From Selaginella moellendorffii (lineage: Eukaryota; Plantae; Lycopodiophyta), in NCBI RefSeq assembly GCF_000143415.4, contig NW_003314296.1:1024930-1088929 (forward strand): a stretch of 64,000 nucleotides of DNA, given 5' to 3'. The translations under genes were made by a program, and so were the position numbers. This document shows, piece by piece, positions 13,289 to 23,049 of the stretch. The number at the start of each line of letters is the position of its first letter. Positions within the stretch are counted from its first letter, which is position 1. A model generated the notes under the pieces. The model had not been told where the DNA came from. It saw nothing but the letters and a program-made list of their open reading frames with translations, and searched no databases.

Positions 13289-14267
13289 TTAATCGCTTTC
13301 TTTACGTACGTACTGACCGAATCCCTTGGACCCAGCCCGAGTATTTATCTGCTCGGCAGATTTCTTCTTGCTCGACTTTGATTCTCTCTTCTCCCGTGCC
13401 TCGGCTTGTTTTCTCAAATCTTCGTTCTTCCTGTTCTCTAGAAAATCCGTCACAGCCAAGTAGAGAACCTGCAAGAAAAAGAGTTAGAAGATCGATCACA
13501 GCTGTCAAAAGAGAACGAAGAGATAATCAAAAAGTACTGCCGAAAGGCAATGAAAAGAAAAACTGCGGAAGATTGGTAACGAAGCTAAGAGCACGCAAGC
13601 ATAGCAAACGTTTAATCCACTCTATCCTCCAACTCAAAGATCAAAACTTATGGTCACCGAAAAGCAAAACAAAAATGATAGCAAGAACGAAAAAAGACTT
13701 GCATTTCTATGCGGAACAATGGGAACTATGCCAAGAGCACGCAAGCTAATGAGCTCCAACGAAAAACACTCAAATCCATTCGTCCTCCAACACGAAAATT
13801 AAAATCGATGACCGTAGAATCCACCAGAAATGATAGAAAGAACTTACACTTATATGAGAGCGATGCAAGAGAGGGAGAGTGTGGCTTACCCCGACCGTGA
13901 GAACAACAAGACCCAGCGCGGCAGCTCCAAACAAAACGGTCAAAATGTTATCCGAGAGCGTCGCCTCTGGAGGGGGAGGAGGAGGAAGAACAGCCCCACC
14001 GAGCTTATCCTCCTCTGCCGCGAATGCCTCGCCAGGAGCCAACGCTTCTTCGATCAAGATCGCCTCCACGGCGGCCGGAAGCCCGCTCTTCCCAGCCCAT
14101 AACCTAAAATCCTGGAAGGCATTCCCATCGGAAGGAAAATCTCCCAATCCCGCCCGGCAGCAGCATCGAGACCTGGAATTTCTCCTGGAGATTAGCACCT
14201 TGCGCAGCTCCCGCGCTCCATCCGTGTGGAGGATTGGCCGCGGCGACGAGATCACGCTGTTCCACAT
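13289..14267 (-). CDS. Uncharacterised single-pass membrane protein, probably plastid-targeted; exons 14267-13890 and 13468-13289
   Basis: S/R-rich N-terminus; TM segment ILTVLFGAAALGLVVLTVG|VLYLAVTDFL joined by a phase-0 GT-AG intron; basic C-terminus ending in GSKGFGQ... Confidence 0.75.
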
Positions 14268-14390
14268 TGCCTCTCTCACGGAAACTAGGGCTAGTTCCAA
14301 GAGATGCTGGTGAATATTCTTCCCGCCATTCACAAGGCATATTCTGTGAAATATTCTCCAAGGCGAGGGTTCACGCTAGGGTTTATAGGC

Positions 14391-16375
14391 ATGTCGTTCT
14401 TTGGGACGCCGTCGACGCCCGCGGCTCCCTCCACGGCCCTCGGATCTGGCGCTGGATTGTTCACGCCGCAGACTCCAGCTTCCACCGGGTAAGATCGCTC
14501 GATCTTTCTCTCTTTTCGGGGAAGGATTTCCTAGGATTTCCGGCATTTCTTGCAGCTCGATGTTTGGAGGGGGTAGTCTTTTCGGATCGAGCCCGGCATT
14601 CGGCGGCGCGTCGAGTGGTGGACTGTTTGGAAGCTCCACACCGGCTTTTGGATCCTCAACCCCGGTGTTTGGCTCAACCCCGACCCAGACGCCGACGGCT
14701 CCAGCCTTTGGAGCTTCGACGCCGGCGTTTGGTAGCAGCACTCCAGTTTTTGGAAGCCCGGCATTTGGAGGCTCGACTCCAGTTTTTGGTAGCACGACTC
14801 CATCCACTCCAGCGTTTGGTTTGAGCAGCACACCAGCATTTGGAAGCACGTCCTTGTTCGGCATGCCAAGTATGTATTTTTCCTTCTTCTGTTTGTTCAC
14901 AGTTTGGACTCTCCAGGCTCTTCGTCACTATTTGGACAAACTCAAAGCAGTTCCCTGTTCGGCCAAGCACAGCCTTCTTCGTCCATGTTTGGAACTCCAG
15001 CTCCGCAGTTTGGCCAAACTCCTGGCTTTGGCCAGCCTCCACAGCAGCCGATGTTCCCAGGCCAATTGACGACACAGATGGCTCCTGTTGCACCTTTGGC
15101 AGTACCGCTTCCGGAGAGGGAAATCCAGGCAAGGATTAAACTCGGTTTGGCTACCTTCTTACTCTGTCTAGTGTTTGCTGGTTCTATACAGGCGATTTGT
15201 GACGCCTATAGGGAGGACCCTGCTAATTCTTGTTACGCATTCAAGGTAAGAGAAGTGTATTATGCTGTGAGACTCACCACCATTTTGTATGCAGCATCTT
15301 TTGCTTAGTGTCACGGAGCCTTCTCAGCGATTCAAACCTCCAGGCGTTTCTGATGTAAAGATGAATCATGATTTAGAGTATATGTGTAACTTTTTGCTTC
15401 TCTTTTTTCCTAGATCATGTGGGCCGAAGTGATGAGCAAGCTTGAGACGATGGGAACCGAAGATAGGGAGCGGCTATACCCAGAGCTGCTGTTGGGATTC
15501 AAAGACCTTTCGAAGCGACTTCAGGTGACGTTTCCCTTGAGTTGAAATTTCTGTTACAATCGTTTTTAGGCTGACATGTGTCGGGAGGCAGCTGCAAGAC
15601 GAGGCAATCTCTTCAGATACGAACAGGCTGCAGGCTACTGAAAGCAACGTGAAGCTGGTGAGCTTTGGATGCCACTGTGCCTTGTATCTTAGCTCTCCCG
15701 TTTTTTCGCAGCTGCAAAGACACTTCCAGGTCGTCACATTACCTTGGCTCCAACGGTTAAGACTCAAGGAGCAGCAGCTGCAACGGAAGCTGTTAAAGGT
15801 CTGTTTATTTTTTCAAGGAGCGTGGTGGTTTTCTAGCTTGTTTTCTTTTTCCAGCTTACGAGGATAATCGAAATGCTTGAAGCGAAGGGCTTACGGATGC
15901 CTTTGACAAGGTCCGAAACACTTCTGGGAGAAAAGTTACGAACTCTGGCACGACAAGTAAGTCTTTCTTTGATACGACATAGGAACTTAAGAGTGCCTTT
16001 TACCTTCTCAGCTCCAGCCAACGACAGAGCTTCCAAGGAAAGTTGACTCGGTCTTGTCGATTTCACGCCTGCGCGCAGGCGTAGGAAATGCATCGTTTCT
16101 ACCAGGCCAACTCGACGAGCAAAGCTTGACTGACATTCAAGAGGTGCAGTCTTTTGTTTCCAATGGTAGCTCTCCATTCTTATCGGGGCGTGTTTGTATT
16201 CCAGGTTCTACGCAAGCAAACTGAAGCTATATCACGTCTCGCTGGTGTGCTCAAGAGAGACATGAGAGACATCGAGATTATAACCGAGGACGAAGGTCGG
16301 TTAATGGGCATCGACTTAAGCAGAGCCAAGGCCCGAGCGGCCATGGACTTTGCTTCCTCCAATAGGTATTTTTGA
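14391..16375 (+). CDS. NUP54: Nuclear pore complex protein NUP54, multi-exon
   Basis: N-terminal FG repeats (STPAFG/STPVFG); conserved QMAPVAP..LPEREIQAI.DAY, HLLLSVTEP..KPPGVSD|IMWAE, LGFKDLSKRL; coiled-coil C-terminus VLRKQTEAISRLAGVLKRDMRDIEII. Confidence 0.9.
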
Positions 16376-16485
16376 GAGCTTGTACCGTAATTCCAGAATC
16401 CCGAGCCCGGGTTTTTTGTAGATCAATCTTATCTTTTGCTCTTTGTGTTAACTAAATGAAAATCTAACAAATGGATGACGTATAA

Positions 16486-16558
16486 GCGCTTGTAGCTCAG
16501 TGGATAGAGCGTCTGTTTCCGGAGCAGAAAGTCACAGGTTCGAACCCTGTCCAGCGCG
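16486..16558 (+). tRNA. tRNA-Arg(CCG)
   Basis: 73-nt cloverleaf: GCGCTTG/CCAGCGC acceptor (one mismatch), GCTC..GAGC D arm, TCTGT-TTCCGGA-GCAGA anticodon arm, ACAGG-TTCGAAC-CCTGT T arm. Confidence 0.88.
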
Positions 16559-16566
16559 CTCGCTCA

Positions 16567-16615
16567 TATTAACTCAGCTTGGTCAGAGCGTGGTGCTAAT
16601 AACGCCAAATGGGCC
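16567..16615 (+). pseudogene. tRNA-Ile(AAT) pseudogene, T arm deleted
   Basis: TATTAACTCAGCTTGGTCAGAGCGTGGTGCTAATAACGCCAA|ATGGGCC lacks GGTCGCAGGTTCGAAACCTGC relative to the copy at 20171. Confidence 0.85.
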
Positions 16616-16806
16616 CAAATATTTTTCTCGCAATTCAACCCTAAAGTTAACTGTTGTATGGTAAACATTAGCACCAAACGTTTTTTATTTATTAGTTACA
16701 AGAAAAATAAAATAAAATTGATCAGGTAATACTTATTAATGTATCACTATATTAAGGTAGTTAACAAGCCTTTCAAGAAAAAGGGAGAGAAATAGCTATT
16801 AATGTA

Positions 16807-17544
16807 TCACACTTTAATCTCACTATATTTCACAATTTCACAATCGCTGGTCGACTTAGCAGACCTTTCTGCGTGGAACCACTGGATCTTCCGCCCCTCG
16901 AGTTGGCGCCCTCTCCTGGCGAGCCCGTCCGCTACATTATTCTCATATACCTTGTCGTGAGCCTTGACTTTGCACAGCCGGATCTCCATCCCGCTCTTTG
17001 CAGCCGCACCAACGATGCACTGCAGGAGCGGCTTGAGCTGGATACAGTCGGGGTGCTCAGGCCGGCACTGCGCAAACTGCAACAGCTTCAGCGACTGCAA
17101 ACTGTCCGTGTAGATATTCAGCTTGTTGGACTGCCAGTAACCTCGAGCCTTGTACAGCTGCACCGCCGCAATGGAGTCGTGTATCGCAAGAAGCTCCATG
17201 TTGAGCGAAGACACGATGAGGCTGTCGACGATAGGGTTCCCGTTTTTGCACCAGCCGTTCTCCTGCGGGACTTGCACTGCCATGCCCGTCCCTTTGTGGG
17301 ACTCCTCTGCCGACGGGAAGTAGACGCCGTACCCTGCCGAGAGCGGCTCTTTATCGAAGGATCCATCAGTGAATACATTCCAAGGAGAAGATGCTTTTAT
17401 TTCATCAAGTCCTCGCTCACGAGTACAAATGGTAATGGCCCATTTCTGCCATGGCTTTCCTAATCTGACTCCTACACCACCACACACCTTCTTGTTTGCG
17501 ATGCACGCTTCATCCTCGCCAGCTTTGCGCTTGAGAGACATCAT
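16807..17544 (-). CDS. Stand-alone RNase H (type 1-like) protein, copy 1, about 245 aa
   Basis: VFTDGS, SLNMELLAI, IYTDS, KVKAHD and ENNVADGLARRG give the full D-E-D-D set plus His; N-terminal KRK...KK NLS-like motif; no RT domain; start codon inferred. Confidence 0.88.
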   Translation of the reverse strand: MMSLKRKAGEDEACIANKKVCGGVGVRLGKPWQKWAITICTRERGLDEIKASSPWNVFTDGSFDKEPLSAGYGVYFPSAEESHKGTGMAVQVPQENGWCKNGNPIVDSLIVSSLNMELLAIHDSIAAVQLYKARGYWQSNKLNIYTDSLQSLKLLQFAQCRPEHPDCIQLKPLLQCIVGAAAKSGMEIRLCKVKAHDKVYENNVADGLARRGRQLEGRKIQWFHAERSAKSTSDCEIVKYSEIKV

Positions 17545-17792
17545 CTTGTGTACCCTAAGTTTTGGGGCCCCAATTTCCAAATGTATAGGTGGCTTTGGTC
17601 GTACAAAAACGTTTCGTACTAGGTAGATGCGAACTCGCCACCCTGGAGACAGATGAAATAAAGCAAAAAAATCAAGAGGAAGTGGCCGGATGGCAGCCGT
17701 CCGATTCCTTGCACTTGTCCAGCCAAAGATGGATTGATCGATTAGCAAACTATGACAGCAACAACAATGAAAAAGTGAAAATGGCATTTTCT

Positions 17793-18185
17793 TCACTAGA
17801 TGAAAGCCTTCCACTGTAATGTCCCCTTTCGCAGCCTCTCGGGAACAGCCTGAGACCACTGTGTGAGATTGAGGAGCGGACCCGTGAAAGCCATCTTGTT
17901 AAAAAATGATCTATAGATGAGAGAGATTGCTCACCTGTTTGATCTAGCAGCAGCAATCTAGCTCCCGCTAATTCACTGGGCGAATCCCTGGGCACCTCGA
18001 GAATCGCAATGGCATTGTAGACGCTCATCATCGGGGTCACAACCGTGGGAGCAGCCGCAGTGGCCTCCAAATCCCATTGCTCCACCGAGAAATCTCTCTC
18101 CCTCTTGGACGAGGACGCGGCATCTGGGCGCTACTATCGCAATACAAGTGGATTAGACCTAACGAGAAGATATAACTCGGCATCC
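17793..18185 (-). pseudogene. Internally deleted copy of the methyltransferase gene at 21434-22865
   Basis: Last exon joined at about 17900 to intron 1/exon 1 sequence (roughly 970 bp missing); further small deletions. Confidence 0.88.
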
Positions 18186-18420
18186 AAAAAAATATGCCTC
18201 GACTCAAGTTTGATGACTACCCAAGCTTGAAGATTGTGTTAAGCCAATGGTATTTAAGCTAGAGTGGAGAGTTTTCATCACCATCACGTGTTATTACGCC
18301 AAGTTGCTTGTCTTGTTTAATCACTGATTCGTGCAAAACCGTGACACATCACACTGGGGCATCCAGGAACATGTCTCGACCAATTCCAACCAATGGATAG
18401 TCACTTAAAGTTTAAGGCCT

Positions 18421-18650
18421 CGTCTTGTTTTGCTTCAAGATGTTGGCCGGGCTGCGCGTTTGCCTCGCCTTTTTGTTTACTGAGAGTTTCGAGTGTGAGG
18501 AGCTACCTGACGAGTGCGTCTGCTTGGCATGGATCCCCATTCCAGACCTTGTCTACTGCAAGGTTGTATGCAAGCACTGGAAGTAGGATGCCACTCACTG
18601 GAGAAGCTTGCTGCAGTTGCATGAGTCGTGGTCTGTAGACAATAGTGAGG
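18421..18650 (+). pseudogene. 5' fragment of the F-box gene (copy of about 23030-23270)
   Basis: Near-identical GAGAGTTTCGAGTGTGAGGAGCTACCTGACGAGTGCGTCTGC with deletions. Confidence 0.85.
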
Positions 18651-18651
18651 A

Positions 18652-19715
18652 TCAAAGTGCACCGTGATAGCAGACAGAACAGGAAGTCCTAATGTCTATC
18701 AAACCGAAGCCACTCACCAAACCAAATCTGTTGCATAGGAGCTCAAACTGGTGTGGCCCCAATGGCTTGGTGAGAAGGTCAGCTAGCATGTCCTGTGTCC
18801 CAAGATGTTGGACTGCCAGGGTGCCACCTTCAACCAACTCATGCACATAGTGAAAATGGACTTAATGTGCTTTGAGTGAGCATGGTGGACAGGGTTCTTG
18901 GACATGGCAATGCTGCTTTGGTTGTCACACCAAGAAGTAGTGGAGCCAGCTTGTGCACATCCCAACTCAGCAAGTAACCCCTGGGCTCAGACCATGTCCC
19001 TACTACCAATAGTGAGTGTGATGTACTCCACGTCTGCACTAAAAAGTGCCACCACAAATTGTCGCCTGGAGGCCCATGCGATGGCACCTCCTAAGAAAGA
19101 AAGAAAAATGCCAGAAATCAAGCGATGGCCTTTGTTGATGGCAAAGCTAGCATCCATGTAGCATGTGAATAATGCATCACCCCCAGAATAAACAATGCTG
19201 CAGTCTATAGTGCCTTAGAGGTCAGCTTGCCAATGTATGGTGGTTGGCAATGTGTTATATTGACTCGAGGCAATAGTCACATATGTGATGTCAGGGCAAG
19301 TCATCAGGGCCAAATATGTGAAGCAACCAATGAGATGCCGATAGGGAGTCCTAGTGGGTAGAGGCTCACTGGACTACTCAATTGTGAGGTCGATAGCACC
19401 AACAATCATTGGGGTCTTGATAGGGTGGCAATCACGTATACCAAACCAATCTAACAAAACTTTGACCTTACATCATTAGCTAAGCATGTAGCCACTAGAC
19501 TTAGGATTGTGTGTGATCTCAAAGTCAAGAAAGTAAGAGTCTTGGCCAAGGTCCTTCATTTGGAATTGCTAGCTAAGAGCAGCTTTTAGAGCAGCAATGG
19601 CATTGGTGTCATCACCCATGATGAGCAAATCATCAATGTAGAGGGCCACAATAAGCATGCTCTTAACATGACCATTTACATACACATTGTGATTAGTATG
19701 GTAGCAACAAAAGCT
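18652..19715 (-). mobile_element. Ty1/Copia RT-RNase H fragment, decayed
   Basis: WCDNQSSIAMSKNPVHHAHSKHI, QDMLADLLTKPLG, ALYIDDLLI and YRHLIG..YL..T.PDI.Y motifs on the minus strand. Confidence 0.9.
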
Positions 19716-19717
19716 CT

Positions 19718-20045
19718 AAGCTTGACTGACATTTAAGAGGTGCAGCCTTTTGTTAGCTCTCCATTCTTATCGGGGCATGTTTGTATTCCAGATTCTATGC
19801 AAGCAAACTGAAGCTATATCATGTCTCGCTCGTGTGCTCAAGGAGAGACATCGAGATTATAGCTGAGGACAAAGGTCGCTTAATGGGCATTGACTTAAGC
19901 GGAGCCAAGGCCCCAGCAGCCATGGACTTTGCTTCCTCCAATAGGTATTTTTGAGAGCTACTGTAATTTCTGGATCCCGAGCCCGGGTATTTTTGTAACG
20001 ATATCTTTCGCTCTTCGTGTTAACTAAATGAAAATCTAACAAATA
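19718..20045 (+). pseudogene. Duplicated 3' end of NUP54
   Basis: Aligns to about 16122-16480 with indels. Confidence 0.9.
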
Positions 20046-20058
20046 AATGACGTGTAAA

Positions 20059-20099
20059 GCGATTGTAGCTCAGTGGATAGAGCGTCTGTTTCCGGAGCA
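20059..20099 (+). pseudogene. tRNA-Arg(CCG) 5' half, 3' half deleted
   Basis: GCGATTGTAGCTCAGTGGATAGAGCGTCTGTTTCCGGAGCA, then the similarity stops. Confidence 0.88.
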
Positions 20100-20170
20100 C
20101 GCTGTCCATCAATACTTTGTGCTCTTAAATTCTAAATCTGATTCCATTCCAATCATCATTGATTGTTTAA

Positions 20171-20244
20171 GGCCTATTAGCTCAGCTGGTCAGAGCGTGG
20201 TGCTAATAACGCCAAGGTCGCAGGTTCGAAACCTGCATGGGCCA
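20171..20244 (+). tRNA. tRNA-Ile(AAT)
   Basis: 74-nt canonical sequence GGCCTATTAGCTCAGCTGGTCAGAGCGTGGTGCTAATAACGCCAAGGTCGCAGGTTCGAAACCTGCATGGGCCA followed by a T run. Confidence 0.95.
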
Positions 20245-20479
20245 ACTATTTTTCTTGCAATTTAAAGTTAACTATTGTTTGGTAACCTTTTCACAAAAAA
20301 AGGGAAAGAAATAGTTATTAATTTATAAAACAAAAACTTTGTTATTTATTAACATTTACCTCCTCCTAACACTGCGGGCCAAATATTTTTCTCGCAATTT
20401 AAAATTAACTGTTATTTTATAAACATTGGTAGTTCACAAGCCTTTTCAAGAAGAAGGGAGAGAAATAGCTATTAATGTA

Positions 20480-21217
20480 TCACACTTTAATCTCACTATA
20501 TTTCACAATTTCACAATCGCTAGTCGACTTAGCAGACCTTTCTGCGTGGAACCACTGGATCTTCCGCCCCTCGAGCTGGCGCCCTCTCCTGGCGAGCCCG
20601 TCCGCTACATTATTCTCATATACCTTGTCGTGCGCCTTGACTTTGCACAGCCGGATCTCCATCCCGCTCTTTGATGCCGCACCAACGATGCACTGCAGGA
20701 GCGGCTTGAGCTGGATACAGTCGGGGTGCTCAGGCCGGCACTGCGCAAACTGCAACAGCTTCAGCGACTGCAAACTGTCCGTGTAGATATTCAGCTTGTT
20801 GGACTGCCAGTAACCTCGAGCCTTGTACAGCTGCACTGCCGCAATGGAGTCGTGTATCGCAAGAAGCTCCATGTTGAGCGAAGACACGATGAGGCTGTCG
20901 ACGATAGGGTTCCCGTTTTTGCACCAGCCGTTCTCCTGCGGGACTTGCACCGCCATGCCCGTCCCTTTGTGGGACTCCTCTGCCGACGGGAAGTAGACGC
21001 CGTACCCTGCCGAGAGCGACTCTTTATCGAAGGATCCATCAGTGAATACATTCCAAGGAGAAGATGCTTTTATTTCATCAAGTCCTCGCTCACGAGTACA
21101 GATGGTAATGGCCCATTTCTGCCATGGCTTTCCTAATCTGACTCCTACACCACCACACACCTTCTTGTTCGCGATGCACGCTTCATCCTCGCCAGCTTTG
21201 CGCTTGAGAGACATCAT
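20480..21217 (-). CDS. Stand-alone RNase H protein, copy 2
   Basis: Same catalytic motifs as copy 1; 10 substitutions and no indels versus copy 1 (hand alignment). Confidence 0.88.
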   Translation of the reverse strand: MMSLKRKAGEDEACIANKKVCGGVGVRLGKPWQKWAITICTRERGLDEIKASSPWNVFTDGSFDKESLSAGYGVYFPSAEESHKGTGMAVQVPQENGWCKNGNPIVDSLIVSSLNMELLAIHDSIAAVQLYKARGYWQSNKLNIYTDSLQSLKLLQFAQCRPEHPDCIQLKPLLQCIVGAASKSGMEIRLCKVKAHDKVYENNVADGLARRGRQLEGRKIQWFHAERSAKSTSDCEIVKYSEIKV

Positions 21218-21433
21218 CTTGTGTACCCTAAGTTTTGGGGCCCCAATATCCAAATGTATAGGTGGCTTTGGTCGTACAAAAACGTATCGTACTAGGTAGA
21301 TGCGAACTCGCCACCCTGGAGAAACAGATGAAGTAAAGCAAAAAAACCTTGCACTTGTCCAGCCAAAGATGGATTGATCGATTAGCAAACTATGACAGCA
21401 ACAACAATGAAAAAGTGAAAAGAGGCATTTTCT

Positions 21434-22865
21434 TCACTGGATGAAAGCCTTCCACTGTAGTGTCCCCTTTCGCAGCCTCTCGGGAACAGCCTGAGACCAC
21501 TGTGTGAGATTGGGGAGGGGACCCGTGAAAGCCATCTTGTTATTCACTTGATCAAGCTTCCGCCAGTTCACCTGCGGTTCCTTCAACTCGTAAGCGCTTT
21601 AAGTATTAGGAAATGGAGAAAGAAAAAGTCTTACCTCGCCTGGAAATGCCTTTGACATCGCATAAAGAACATGGTTCTCGCCCGTAATTGTGGACTGTAG
21701 AGTTTCATCATCGTCATGTCCACGTCTTTGCTCTTCCACGCAGTTGATCATGATCCGGCCCCCGGGTCTCAGTCTTTTCCTGAGCTTAAACCATGTCTCT
21801 GCCTGGAAGGAAGAATCAGGAAAAGATATCAGTGATCTGATGCTCCGCAAAGACTAAAACTCGTTTCTCACCTCCTTGAGAACTGGCAGAACATCGCCAT
21901 TTGAGAACAAATCCACGACAATGCCTGTAGAAAAGTGAGGTCGAAAGATTAAAAAAAAAAAAGAGAGGTTGCACCGAGCTACCTGCGAATCCACCCTCGG
22001 GATCATTTGCATCCGAGAGAGCATCGTCGATGTGAATTGTAAGCCCTCCACCGTGTTTGTTTTTGCCTTCTAACTCCGACAAGCCGAGATAATCCCTTGC
22101 CTTGTCAATTAGCTGCAAGCTTCAACGACGTAAGAGTTTGCATTGACGGTAGTTACTCACGATCTCATCAATTTCCCAGCCTATCAATTCTCGCTCTGGC
22201 CACAAGTGGAGCAGCAATCGTGCAGCAGTACCACCGCCCTGATGATCCAACACAGAAAAACCAGGAAAGCTAGGAAGAAATCGAAAAGCTCTTACCAGTC
22301 CTAGAATTGCAATGGGACCTCTGGGAATGATCGGTGGAAGCGAGGAGAACTCGTCCTTCAACCACACAAAGAGTATAAACTTGCTTTTCACTCCTCAAGA
22401 AAGGAAGCTATTTACCCAGTATGAACCGACCCACACAGAATCCTCCTTGTAAATACTATGAACATTTCCTACATTGGGACGTAAAGCTCTCTCAATCACC
22501 ACAAAAAGAACCAAATGATCTATAGATGAGAGAGATTGCTCACCTGTTTGATCCAGCAGCAGCAATCTAGCTCCCGCGAATTCACTGGGCGAATCCCTGG
22601 GCACCTCGAGAATCGCAATGGCGTTGTAGAAGCTCATCATCGAGGTCACGACGGTGGGAGCGGCCGCGGTGGCCTCCAAATCCTCCTCCGTCCATTGCTC
22701 CACCGAGAAATCTCTCTTCCTCTTGGACGAGGACGCGGCATTGGCAGCAAGACGGTCAATGCGGCATCTGGGCGCTGCGACTGGAATCGCCGGCAAGCAT
22801 CGCAATACAAGTGGATTAGACCTAACGAGAAGAAGATCGAGCACGGGCAAGTGAAGCTCGGCCAT
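21434..22865 (-). CDS. SAM-dependent methyltransferase superfamily protein (spermidine-synthase-like fold), probably plastid-targeted, multi-exon
   Basis: RLLLLDQTG|NVHSIY..WVGSYW|DEFSSLPPIIPRGPIAILGL|GGGTAARLLLHLWP..GWEIDEI|LIDKARDYLGL..GIVVDLF..LRPGGRIMINC..|VNWRKL...WKAFIQ*; GT-AG introns. Confidence 0.88.
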
Positions 22866-22923
22866 ATGCTATTACATAATTCCAACCAATAGATAAGCAT
22901 TCCATGAATCGCTTAATGTTTAA

Positions 22924-22997
22924 GGCCTATTAGCTCAGTTGGTCAGAGCGTGGTGCTAATAACGCCAAGGTCGCAGGTTCGAAACCTGCATAGGCCA
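22924..22997 (+). tRNA. tRNA-Ile(AAT)
   Basis: 74-nt canonical cloverleaf with a perfect GGCCTAT/ATAGGCC acceptor stem. Confidence 0.95.
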
Positions 22998-23049
22998 TAT
23001 CGTCCTCTCTATTTAACGAGGAAAGGGAAAAGCCTTGTTTTGCTTCGAG

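Noticed and set aside
14376-14900. Minus-strand PNAGV-repeat ORF
   Set aside because: Antisense of the NUP54 FG repeats
16873-17463. 196-aa antisense ORF over RNase H
   Set aside because: Shadow ORF from codon bias; interrupted by a stop in the second copy
17545-17859. N-terminal extension of the RNase H ORF to 350 aa
   Set aside because: Non-ATG start, runs through the methyltransferase 3' end, and differs by indels between the two copies
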